DNA of 64,000 nucleotides from Escherichia coli (GTDB lineage Bacteria; Pseudomonadota; Gammaproteobacteria; Enterobacterales; Enterobacteriaceae): NCBI RefSeq assembly GCF_024700885.2, contig NZ_CP117016.1; one strand, 5' to 3'. Shown piece by piece: positions 52,459 to 62,540 of this stretch (position 1 is its first letter; each line of letters starts with the position of its first letter). The notes under the pieces were generated by a model. It saw only the letters and a program-made list of their open reading frames with translations, ran no database searches and was not told where the DNA came from. The position numbers and the translations under genes were made by a program.

Positions 52459-53307
52459 TTACATCTGGCTTAAATTTTTCTCGGCCCAGATGCGCTTTCC
52501 ATCAAGTAACGTTTCCATTGGCGTCCGCCCATTGCTCATTTTTCCCTCATGGGGTCGCTCATTATTATAGTGAGCCAGCCATTCATCAAGATCCGACTGT
52601 AATGTATCAAGATCGCCGTACAGTTTTTTACGGAACGTTACCTGATAAAATTCGTTCAGGATTGTTTTATGGAACCGCTCGCAGGTGCCGTTGGTCTGCG
52701 GGGGCATCGCCTTTGTTTTCGTGTGTTCTATATCGTTTATTGCCAGATAAAGCTGATAATCATGCTGCTCTACTTTGCCACAGAACTCCGTGCCTCTGTC
52801 GGTCAGTATTCTCAGCATCGGCAGGCCCTGAGACGAATAAAACGGCAGTACACGATCATTCAGTAAGTCAGCCGCGCTAATCGGTGTTTTGGTGACGTAA
52901 AGCTTACAGTGAGCCACTTTCGAGTACGTATCAACGAACGTCTGCTGATAAATACGCCCGACACCTTTCAGGTTGCCTACATAGAACGTGTCCTGCGAAC
53001 CCAGATATCCCGGATGAGTCGTTTCGATTTCGCCACAGGCCTCGTAATCACTGGCTTTACGCTCCAGTGCTGCGATCTGGCTGTCAGTTAGCTCAATGCC
53101 ATCACGGGCTACTTTTTCTTCCAGTGCTTTCAGACGTTTTTTGAAATTCTCAAGGTTATGGCGTAACCAGACAGAACGGACACCACTGCCGGAGATAAAA
53201 ACGCCCTGTTTACGCAGCTCGTTGCTGGTCCGGTGCTGACCGTGTGCCGGGAAAGCGACGGCGTAATCAACAACAGCCTGTTCAGTTGCCTCATCGGTAT
53301 GGTTCAA
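52459..53307 (-). mobile_element. IS481-like DDE transposase gene (integrase-core family)
   Basis: 282 aa with N-terminal HTH-like region and DDE core (..LTDRGTEF..YNNERPHEG..). Confidence 0.6.
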
Positions 53308-53332
53308 TACCCTGGTGCACTAGGTATCAGAA

Positions 53333-54079
53333 ATGGCAGACAAACTCCGTCCTCTGTATATAGCGCTGTATGACTATGTTCTGGAGGCAGGAAAGGTGCA
53401 TGCCGATGACACGCCGGTAATTGTACTGGAGCCGGGTCAGGGTAAAACCCGTACCGGACGGCTGTGGGTCTATGTTCGTGACGATCGCAACGCCGGTTCG
53501 ACCATGCCGGCAGCGGTGTGGTTCTCATACTATCCCGACCGCAAAGGTATCCACCCGCAGCAACATCTGGCGGACTACAGAGGTATCCTGCAGGCCGATG
53601 CATATGCGGGTTACAATGCTCTTTACGAAAGCGGTCAGGTAACCGAAGCGGCTTGTATGGCACATGCCCGATGCAAGATCCACGATGTACATGTCCGCCA
53701 TCCAACGACAGTAACGGGAGAAGCGCTCCGTCGTATCGGGGCACTGTACGCTATCGAGTCTGAGATCCGCGGCAGTCCGGCAGAAGAGCAACTGGCGGTC
53801 AGAAAAGCCAGAACGGTACCGCTAATGCAGTCGTTGTATGAGTGGCTCCAGGGGCAGATGAGCACGCTGTCGCGTCACTCGGATACGGCGAAAGCGTTCA
53901 CCTATCTGCTGAAGCAATGGGACGCCCTGAACGAATACTGCAGTAATGGCTGGGTGGAGATCGACAATAACCTGTGTGAAAACGCCCTCCGGGTAATTGC
54001 ACTGGGGCGGCACTCTATCTGTAAACTAATTTTTACCCCACGTCCTTCACGGTGCGCTTACCATTATTACGCACTGTAA
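53333..54079 (+). mobile_element. IS66-family transposase (TnpC) internal fragment
   Basis: ..[106 protein letters not shown] matches the IS66 TnpC central/C-proximal region; ends abruptly. Confidence 0.75.
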
Positions 54080-54202
54080 CCATCTCTTCTGATTAATATC
54101 ATAAAGTGATAATAATTTATCATAAACAAACCCAGCACTAGTATATTCTGTACCAGAAATAGAGAACAATACAAAATGTATTTATTATAGAAGGCTTTAG
54201 TC

Positions 54203-55345
54203 TTGTCATGTAAAACAGAAACTGTCTACTACTATCTGACAGAAGCACTTTTAAATATATTCGAAAACAAAAAGCAGAACCTTGCCTTTATGCTTTTTTT
54301 ATCACTTTCTTTTGTGGGGATTATAATAACAGATTCATTGATATATAGTGTGTCATTAAAAGCTGAAAATGAGCTGCAAGTTTATGGTGACAAAGTTATG
54401 CATGTAAAACTCAACCAACCTAAAACCACTGAAAAAATAATGAGGATTTTTGAGACCATCAGCAATGATATCTCATTTTCAAAACAGAGTTTTTTTTATG
54501 TTGGAAGCAGTCCGTTTTCAGGTGACTCATTACCTGTTACTGGGATCGATGAATTAGGTTTAGGTATGTCAAACATAAAGTTTTTAGATGATAAATTCTA
54601 TGGTAATGTTGCTATTGTTAATGATATAGGAATATTTGGAAAAAGCAAGCAGGTATTCATCAATGGTATACCATTTAAAATTATCGGTGTTATTTATACA
54701 TCAAATACAGACTTTCTTGATAGTCTTGGACTGAGCAGTAATTTATATAATGAGCAGATTTATGTCCCACTAAAAACAATGTTTAGACTCAAAATGAGCA
54801 ACGAAATCGACTCGTTCAAATTGCTATTAAACAAAAACATAACATTCGAGAGTATAAACGAAGTGAGAGAAATACTGTATAACAATAAGATAAGGGACTT
54901 TAATATTATAACATCATTGAATGCAAAAGAAACTGTTGAACGAGTTTTGAAACGTTTTTCGTTATTGACTAACTCCGTATATATCATACTAACATTTTCT
55001 GCTGTCGTAACATGCTTTATGCTGTCAAAACGTAACTTTTATTCACGAAGCACTGAAATTGCATTAAAGATAATACATGGAGTGAAGCAGGGAGAAATTA
55101 TTTTAATGGTCCTAACAGAGTCATTTATTATACTATTTATTTGTTTGGTTTTATCCATTTCCTCGGGTTATACTGCAATGTATGTTATTACGAAGATACT
55201 GGATGTAGATATAAGCATAAGAATGACAATGATCACTATATCTTTGAGCACTATATTGATGGCTTTCATAATATCTAACGTTATATTTGGTAAATTGTTT
55301 TTCAATATGAACCCTGTAAATGTTATTAAAGGTAGAATAGAGTGA
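54203..55345 (+). CDS. AatP-like ABC transporter permease (MacB/FtsX fold)
   Basis: 380 aa; N-terminal TM, large periplasmic domain, three C-terminal TMs; first gene of a very AT-rich five-gene operon. Confidence 0.7.
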   Translation: MSCKTETVYYYLTEALLNIFENKKQNLAFMLFLSLSFVGIIITDSLIYSVSLKAENELQVYGDKVMHVKLNQPKTTEKIMRIFETISNDISFSKQSFFYVGSSPFSGDSLPVTGIDELGLGMSNIKFLDDKFYGNVAIVNDIGIFGKSKQVFINGIPFKIIGVIYTSNTDFLDSLGLSSNLYNEQIYVPLKTMFRLKMSNEIDSFKLLLNKNITFESINEVREILYNNKIRDFNIITSLNAKETVERVLKRFSLLTNSVYIILTFSAVVTCFMLSKRNFYSRSTEIALKIIHGVKQGEIILMVLTESFIILFICLVLSISSGYTAMYVITKILDVDISIRMTMITISLSTILMAFIISNVIFGKLFFNMNPVNVIKGRIE

Positions 55346-56580
55346 AATACATATCACATGCTTTTGTTTTATTTACTGGTTTATTCTCATCGGCACAATC
55401 TTTTGCAACCAATTGTATTATTGATGCTGTTTTTCAAAAGAATGAAAAATGGAATTCATATTCCATTGACATAAAAGAATTAGAAAACAGCAGGCAGGCT
55501 AACATAAAAAGAATGTTGCCTAATATTAACATCGGTGTAGGCCAATACATACAAAATAATCAATGGCTTACAGATATTTCAGAGAGTAACTTACATTTGT
55601 CACTATCTTACGATTTTTTATCAGGTTTTGAGACAATAAAAGAAAATGACAGGTTAGATGTTGTTAAGCGTTTAAAATATATTGAATTGCTTTATGCTCG
55701 TAATGATTATATAATTAACCTGTTCTCGAAAATAGTTGATTACAAAGCAAAGAAATCACAAATCAAGTTAATGAGAGAACAGTATAAGAAACTAGAAAAA
55801 GAATATGAGTCGACAAAAGAACAGGCGTTTTTAGGAATTGTATCAACTTTAGATGTTGATATACGCTCTAACGTCTTGAATAGAATGAAACTCGATATTG
55901 AAACTCTGGAGGAAGAATTAAACATTTCGTTTAAAAAAATATTTGCAGAGTATCATATTCCAAAAGAGATGCTTTTAAATATCACCTACGATAAACTAAA
56001 AGCATGTAAAATATATGATTTCCAGTCATTATTAAAAGAAAACAATAAATGGAGATTACTCGCAAATACAATTGATTATGATATAAAAAAAATTTCTGAT
56101 TATCCATCCTTTTATTTATCACTGGGAATGATGCCTAAAAAAGGCGGAGCTTTAAAAGATTTTAGCTTTAAAGAAATGGATTATAATGCAAGTTTAGGAA
56201 TAACATTCCCTTTGATGAGAATATTTGACACATCAGAAAATCAAAAGACACAAGCGATGCATATATCTCAAATCCACAATGAGTATATTAGAGAGTCTAT
56301 TAAACTAGATATATTACATAAAGAAATCTTTACAAAGCTAACATTATTGAAAAAACGCATCCCCATTTTAGAAGATGAGTTGAATTTAAAAAAAAGAGAA
56401 GTTGAGTATATACATGAACGAATTAAGAGTAAACAAGATACTATTTTAAATTATTTATCATCTATAAATAGCTTATATGAAACAGAAACCACGATCCAAA
56501 GAGTCGAATATGATATTGAATATTATAGTCTATACCTTTATTTTCTTCGTCAGTGTGATACCTATAAAAGGCATGTGTAA
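55342..56580 (+). CDS. AatA-like outer-membrane channel (TolC-like)
   Basis: 412 aa with signal peptide (MKYISHAFVLFTGLFSSAQSFA); 4-nt overlap with upstream gene; coiled-coil-rich; size fits AatA. Confidence 0.6.
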   Translation: MKYISHAFVLFTGLFSSAQSFATNCIIDAVFQKNEKWNSYSIDIKELENSRQANIKRMLPNINIGVGQYIQNNQWLTDISESNLHLSLSYDFLSGFETIKENDRLDVVKRLKYIELLYARNDYIINLFSKIVDYKAKKSQIKLMREQYKKLEKEYESTKEQAFLGIVSTLDVDIRSNVLNRMKLDIETLEEELNISFKKIFAEYHIPKEMLLNITYDKLKACKIYDFQSLLKENNKWRLLANTIDYDIKKISDYPSFYLSLGMMPKKGGALKDFSFKEMDYNASLGITFPLMRIFDTSENQKTQAMHISQIHNEYIRESIKLDILHKEIFTKLTLLKKRIPILEDELNLKKREVEYIHERIKSKQDTILNYLSSINSLYETETTIQRVEYDIEYYSLYLYFLRQCDTYKRHV

Positions 56581-57301
56581 TGTTTATTATGGCGTGTTAC
56601 GTGGAAGCCAAATTGTAAAATACAAAAGTCCTTTTCCAGGCATTGTTAACTTATCTAATATATTTGAAGGTGATATTTTTAACTCTGAATGTACATTATT
56701 TTCTGTCCATAATCATGAATACATTTCTAAGAGAGACATTATAAATAAAAAGAAAGAAATGGAGACACGAAAGCTAACAGGTCTAAAAGATTCAAGAAAA
56801 CACTTAGCTGCTATGTTTGTAAAGGGCTTTATCTCAAAAAAAGATTTGCAGGAGATAGAGCAGGAAATTAATAATGTTGAATTATCAATTATGAGTTTAG
56901 ATATTGAATCAAAAAACATAGAATCTTTATTGAGATTATCATCACCATCGTTGTCTGCTCCCTTTATCATTAGAGACATATTTGTAACGGATGGACAGTA
57001 TGTTAATTCTGGCGATGATATTATATCTATAGAATTATTGAGTAATTTCTATATAGATATAACCATAGATCCTGTTGATATAAATGGTAATTTAAAAAAT
57101 AAAAGAATAAGATATCGTTCTTTAGTTGATTCATTCACTGGTTCTGCCACAATTTTTAAAACAAGTCGCGCATACAAACCAGATGAAGTTTCATCTGGTT
57201 TACGCTTGGTTACCTTATTAATTCATGGGAAGTGGGAAGAATTATCAAATAATTTAGATACTGCATTTGAGATTTTCATTGATGATAAAGATAAGAATTA
57301 A
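56510..57301 (+). CDS. AatB-like periplasmic adaptor (HlyD/membrane-fusion-like)
   Basis: N-terminal TM (ILNIIVYTFIFFVSVIPI) followed by coiled-coil and beta-rich segments; start chosen at the internal Met of ORF 56477..57301. Confidence 0.55.
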   Translation: MILNIIVYTFIFFVSVIPIKGMCNVYYGVLRGSQIVKYKSPFPGIVNLSNIFEGDIFNSECTLFSVHNHEYISKRDIINKKKEMETRKLTGLKDSRKHLAAMFVKGFISKKDLQEIEQEINNVELSIMSLDIESKNIESLLRLSSPSLSAPFIIRDIFVTDGQYVNSGDDIISIELLSNFYIDITIDPVDINGNLKNKRIRYRSLVDSFTGSATIFKTSRAYKPDEVSSGLRLVTLLIHGKWEELSNNLDTAFEIFIDDKDKN

Positions 57302-57911
57302 CAGTAAACATGTAGAAAATCGCACTATTCTAAATAATAAAACAATTGAAATAAAGAAAGGTTCGTTTAATATTATAACTGGGCCATCGGGAGTTGGTAA
57401 AAGCACTCTGTTAAATATTATTGGTTTATTAGATCACGAGTTCTTTGGAGAATATTTTTTTTTGGGAGAAAAAATAGATGTAAAAAACAATCATGAAACT
57501 ACAGACATTAGAAAAAAATATTTTGGTTTTACTTTTCAAGACTCACTAATTAATATGAAACAGAATACCATAAGAAATTTACTATGTTCTGTTTCATATA
57601 ATGAATTAAAAGAGGCAAGAAAAAAAAGTCAAGAGATGCTAATGAGAGTTGGTTTGTCTGAGATAAATCGTAATGTATCATTCCTTTCAGGTGGAGAGAA
57701 ACAAAGGTTGGCTCTTGCGCGAGCATTAATAAAAAAACCCAATATACTTTTAGCCGATGAACCTACAGCCAGTTTAGATATACAAAATAAAAAACTAGTT
57801 ATGGATATCTTATCGGATTATAATGATGGGGGAGGAACTGTAATCATGGTAACTCATGATCTTGAGTTGGTTAACGATAAGATGAATCTAATTCAATTGC
57901 TGAATTCATAA
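57267..57911 (+). CDS. AatC-like ABC transporter ATP-binding protein
   Basis: Walker A GPSGVGKST, ABC signature LSGGEKQR, Walker B ILLADEPT, H-loop VTHD. Confidence 0.85.
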   Translation: MRFSLMIKIRINSKHVENRTILNNKTIEIKKGSFNIITGPSGVGKSTLLNIIGLLDHEFFGEYFFLGEKIDVKNNHETTDIRKKYFGFTFQDSLINMKQNTIRNLLCSVSYNELKEARKKSQEMLMRVGLSEINRNVSFLSGGEKQRLALARALIKKPNILLADEPTASLDIQNKKLVMDILSDYNDGGGTVIMVTHDLELVNDKMNLIQLLNS

Positions 57912-57923
57912 AATAATATTACG

Positions 57924-59135
57924 ATGAACTTTTTAATTATTTCTTTGTATTTACTTTGTTATTATTATGCATCACGGAAAAGTTGGTCATGCCTTTTTTT
58001 AATATCATTTCTGGAAGCTTTTTTTTTATGCATAAATATGTTTAATCAAAATATCAGTCTGATATCCGATAGTTTAGGTCTGTTTTTTATGCCAATATTA
58101 TTCGGTTATAACATTGTTGTTTTTACAACATTTGCTTTTCTAAATCGATATCTTTATTGGGGAGGGGGGGTACATGCTTTTTTATTGACTGCCATGTCAA
58201 CTCTTGGTTTAATAATACCATTAAACCCCTTAATTCTATTGTATAATGAGTTTTCAAGTTTTCTACCTGTGACTGATATACCTGCTTTAAATTTATTTAT
58301 TTTAAATTTGTTTCCCACCATCATTTTCAAATTCAACATTATATTTTATATCGCATTAGCATCAATTATCTCTTACATATTTTTTACGGAACGAACACCG
58401 GCAAGCATATATCATAAACCACTAAACATTGTGGTCGTACAGGTAGGCTTGTATTTAAGAAACAATGGTTTTAATAATAATATTTATAATGATTTAGAGG
58501 CTTACATTAAAGGTAAAAAAGTTGACTTAATAGTTTTTTCCGAAAATGTATTTTTCGGACATAAAAATGACTATATAAAAAAGAAAACAGATATCTTCAT
58601 CAATAATTTAAAAGATGGTAGATATAATTTTAAATATGGAATAGTTATGAATCTTTATGGCTATAATGATATCAACAATGTAGTTTCTGTATTTTGGCAT
58701 AAAAATTCATTTATCACCCACCAAAAGACAAAATTAATACCTTTTTTTGAAAAAAGATCAGTATTTAACTCATATGAACCATTGTCGTCATCTTTTTTAT
58801 ATTATAACAAAGAAAAAAAACAAAATATATTTAACATCAAGCAACATATAGTGGGTGTTCATATATGTTATGAGGCGCTATTCCCTGAGATCTTCATCCC
58901 AAAATATAATATTAGTCTTATTCAATCTGATTATTCACGACTGAATGGCGGTTATAATTATGATAATGTGCTTATCAATGGCAGTATTCTATCAAAATTT
59001 GCTGTCGCCCCAAACATTCCATTCATAAATGTCCAGAATTATGGAGGTACAGTTCTGATAAAGAATGACTGGACTATCGATATGGGCTTGTTTAATAAAT
59101 CCAAAACAGAAGCTTTTTTATATGTTCAACTGTAA
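57924..59135 (+). CDS. AatD-like membrane N-acyltransferase (Lnt / CN-hydrolase superfamily)
   Basis: 403 aa; N-terminal polytopic membrane domain; C-terminal nitrilase-superfamily catalytic triad candidates (LIVFSE, HQKTKLIPF, GVHICYEALFPE). Confidence 0.7.
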   Translation: MNFLIISLYLLCYYYASRKSWSCLFLISFLEAFFLCINMFNQNISLISDSLGLFFMPILFGYNIVVFTTFAFLNRYLYWGGGVHAFLLTAMSTLGLIIPLNPLILLYNEFSSFLPVTDIPALNLFILNLFPTIIFKFNIIFYIALASIISYIFFTERTPASIYHKPLNIVVVQVGLYLRNNGFNNNIYNDLEAYIKGKKVDLIVFSENVFFGHKNDYIKKKTDIFINNLKDGRYNFKYGIVMNLYGYNDINNVVSVFWHKNSFITHQKTKLIPFFEKRSVFNSYEPLSSSFLYYNKEKKQNIFNIKQHIVGVHICYEALFPEIFIPKYNISLIQSDYSRLNGGYNYDNVLINGSILSKFAVAPNIPFINVQNYGGTVLIKNDWTIDMGLFNKSKTEAFLYVQL

Positions 59136-59194
59136 CTCTCTTTTTCTAATATGTTAAAGCATCAAAGGTTAAAAATAACGTCGGTCATCATACT

Positions 59195-59690
59195 TCATGA
59201 ACCCGCAAAAATCATTTCGAAGTTTCGGGTGCTTGTCGGATAAGGACAGTTCATTGCTGGACTGCCCTCCTCCCCTAAGAACGGTGCATACCGGTTTCCC
59301 GGTACACCGCTCAAGCCTTTATAAGCCCTTTTTGAGAGAGCCGGTTTCACAACGGTGTAACTGTCGATGGCAATTTGGATGTAACAAGACAAGGTTAGAT
59401 ATGTGAAATACTTATTCCTGATCCAGCGTTTACCTTTCTTTGGATGGCGTCTCACACACCATTGCCACACTTTTAACCATATCTGGTGATCAATATAGCG
59501 GAACATTTTCTTTGCTAATACATGACGATGATAATTCACCCATCCCCGAATGACGGGATTTAGCTGGGATATCAGTAACCATGCAGGCGATGCTTTGTTC
59601 TTCTCTATAATTGATCTTATCTTGTGAAGAAAGTTTTTCAGATTCATCCTTGAGGGTTTGATGTGTGTGATTCATAGACATCGTTTCACT
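59195..59690 (-). other. Group II intron 3' remnant (maturase C-terminus plus domain V)
   Basis: ORF 59195..59647 carries maturase motifs (IRGWVNYHRH, RRHPKKGKRWIRNKYF); the reverse complement of 59278..59311 (gagcggtgtaccgggaaaccggtatgcaccgttc) folds as a canonical domain V with AGC triad and GAAA loop; no RT domain or 5' intron portion is present. Confidence 0.65.
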
Positions 59691-59703
59691 ATAATACCTC
59701 ACT

Positions 59704-60675
59704 ATGAACAGGGAAATTGAGCCGCGGCTACAGTGGGTAAAACTCTATGAAACGTCCGGTGATGCAGGATTTGTATGCCGTCGCTGTGGCATTTCTCGGC
59801 CCACATTGCGTAAATGGTGGCGCAGATATCTGGCTCAGGGCATCGCTGGTATGGAAAGCCACAGCCGTCGCCCCAAGCGTTCACCATCAACGAAAACCGG
59901 CACTTGCGAAGTCGCTCTGATTCTGGAGTTACGTTCTCAGCGAAATCTGGGAGCAAGACGTATTCAAATCGAGTTAAAACGACTTCATTCAATCTCACTG
60001 GCAATAGCAACAATCCACAAAGTCCTTTGCCAGAATCAGGTTAAACCTGTTGTTAAATTTCGGCTTAAAGCTGATTTCATTCGCTACGAACGCCCTGTTC
60101 CCGGTGATCGGGTTCAGATGGATACCTGTAAAATTGGCCCCGGCTTAAATCAGTACACATCTGCTGATGATTGCACTCGCTACAGAGTCCTGAGGCTCTA
60201 CTCTCGTCGCATGGCGGCAAACACACTGGATTTTATTGATTGTGTTATTGAAGAAATGCCTTTCCCGATACAGCGCTTTCAGACAGACCGGGGAAGAGAA
60301 TTTTTTGCCGTTAAAGTGCAGGAAAGATTAAAAGAATACGGCATCAAGTTTCGTCCAAATAAGCCAGCGTCGCCTCATCTTAACGGAAAGGTTGAACGTT
60401 CCCAAAAGACAGACAAAGCTGAGTTTTACGCTACCGTAGATCTTTCTGCTGATGACCTGAAGGAACTGCTGGCAGAATGGCAGCATTACTATAACTGGGA
60501 ACGTCCTCATAGCGCTCACAACGGTAAAACTCCGATGGAACGCTACTTTGAACTTGCTGAGAAAGCACCATACTCTGATGCCGTTCATGCAAACTATCAG
60601 CCCAATGAAGAGCATATACAGGAACAGAATTACAAGCTTGAACTTGGACTGAGAAAATTGAAACGATGTCTATGA
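59704..60675 (+). mobile_element. IS481-family transposase gene, apparently intact
   Basis: 323 aa; N-terminal HTH (CRRCGISRPTLRKWWRRY), DDE integrase core (QMDTCKIG..FQTDRGREF..YYNWERPHSAHNGKTP). Confidence 0.8.
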
Positions 60676-60775
60676 ATCATACAAATGTCAGCGCCAGTGA
60701 TATAAGACGGTAACGGTCAAACATCGTGGCGTTGACACAAATGAGTGAGCAAGAGCCGTATGACGCGAGGGTGTC

Positions 60776-60979
60776 ATGTACGGTTCCGTGAGCAGCCGGG
60801 GGGGGGGAAATTCTCTCCGGCTGACTCGACTCGCAGTTTCTGACAGCGGTGGCGAACATGCGGCGGTGTTGTACTCGCTGATCGGTACATGCCGTCTAAA
60901 CAATGTGGAACCAGAAAAATGGCTGCATTACGTCATTGAACATATCCAAGACTGGCCGACAAACCGGGTACGCGATCTG
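60776..60979 (+). mobile_element. IS66-family transposase C-terminal fragment
   Basis: ..SDSGGEHAAVLYSLIGTCRLNNVEPEKWLHYVIEHIQDWPTNRVRDL matches the IS66 TnpC C-terminus and continues the 53333..54079 fragment with only a few residues missing. Confidence 0.75.
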
Positions 60980-62193
60980 TGATCCTACCCACGTAATATG
61001 GACACAGGCCTAAGCGAGGTTCTTGTTTTCAAATTGTTCCGGACTGAGGCCGCCACACCAACTGTGCCGCCGCCACCGATTGTAATCACATTCGATATAA
61101 TTAAACACCGTTGCCCGCATTATTTCCCGGCTGATAAAGTGTTCTCCATGGATACATTCCACTTTCAGCGAATGAAAGAAGCTTTCCACGCAGATTATGC
61201 CGCTTCAGTTGCGCCTGATAATCTGCTGAACAGTACTGGCCTCCACGGTCCGTGTGAACGATAACGTTCCGGGGCCTCTTACGCCGCCACAGCGCCATCT
61301 GCAGGGCATCGCAGGCCAGTTGCGCCGTCATGCGTGGCGACATTGACCAGCCAATAACGGCACGTGACCACAGGTCAATGACCACTGCCAGATACAGCCA
61401 GCCTTCATCTGTACGTAAGTGCGTGATGTCTCCTGCCCACTTCTGGTTCGGGCCACTGGCGTAAAAATCCTGCTCCAACAGATTTCCTGACACAGGCAGG
61501 CCGTGTGCGCGGTAGCTGACCGGGCTGAACTTCCGGGAGGCCTTTGCCCTCAGTCCCTGACGGCGCAGGCTTGCCGCCACGGTTTTTACGTTAAAGGGGT
61601 AACCCTGAGCACGCAGTTCATCCGTCAGGCGTGGGGCACCGTAACGCTGTTTTGACCGGGTAAAAGCCGCGAGGACAACGCTGTCGCAGTGTTGGCGGAA
61701 CTGCTGACGCGTGCTTATCCTTGTCCGCCGCTGACACCACGTATACCAGCCGCTGCGGGCCACCCGGAGCACGCGGCACATTGCTTTGATGCTGAACTCA
61801 GCCTGATGTTTTTCAATAAAGACATACTTCATTTCAGGCGCTTCGCGAAGTATGTCGCGGCCTTTTGGAGGATAGCCAGCTCTTCATCCCGTTCTGCCAT
61901 CTGGCGTTTGAGACGTGCAATCTCGGTAGACATCTCCAGTTCACGTTCAGAAGACGTCTGCTGATTTTGCTGTTTACTGCGCCAGTTGTAGAGCTGTGAT
62001 TCATACAGGCTGAGTTCACGGGCTGCGGCAGTAACACCGATGCGTTCAGCAAGCTTCAGGGCTTCACTGCGAAATTCAGGCGAATGCTGTTTACGGGGTT
62101 TTTTACTGGTTGATACTGTTTTTGTCATGTGAGTCACCTCTGACTGAGAGTTTACTCACTTAGCCGCGTGTCCACTATTGCTGTGTAAGATCA
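60980..62193 (-). mobile_element. IS3 with small internal deletion in insF, inserted at the end of the IS66 fragment
   Basis: Ends tgatcctacccacgtaatatggacacaggcc (60980..) and ..ccactattgctgtgtaagatca (..62193); 3-bp direct repeat CTG on both flanks. insE 61829..62137 (MTKTVSTSKKPRKQHSPEFRSEALKLAERIGV..) intact; insF 61101..61832 loses frame after ..LKRHNLRG, with the remaining C-terminus ([24 protein letters not shown]) in another frame. Confidence 0.9.
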
Positions 62194-62540
62194 CTGTCAC
62201 CCTGGAAAGTTGATCTGAGCTCTCAGTAAGTATCAATACAGTCCTCGCGAGCCGCTTACGAATGAGTATGCCGGAAGATCTCTAAATGTGAATGGTTCTA
62301 TTATGTGGGATACTTACAAAGGCCTCTTACACATATCTGATTGAGGTTTTTTATTATCGAATTTTGTGTAAAATTCATTTCCTATACATAAATGTAAAAA
62401 TAACATCACCCATTGGCTCAAAAAGTGTCCATTAAAAAAGAGATGATTTAGATAAAAAAATGCACTTTGTATGCATTAATATTTTAACCATGAATTAATT
62501 TATACTAAAATGATTATTCTTCTTGTCTTGGAGATAAATT

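Noticed and set aside
53304-53744. 146-aa minus-strand ORF overlapping the IS66 fragment
   Set aside because: Antisense to a region with clear IS66 TnpC coding signal on the plus strand
60791-60807. Poly-G run of about 10 nt in the IS66 C-terminal fragment as a phase-variation site
   Set aside because: Lies within a transposase remnant and encodes an in-frame Gly stretch; no functional gene would be switched by it
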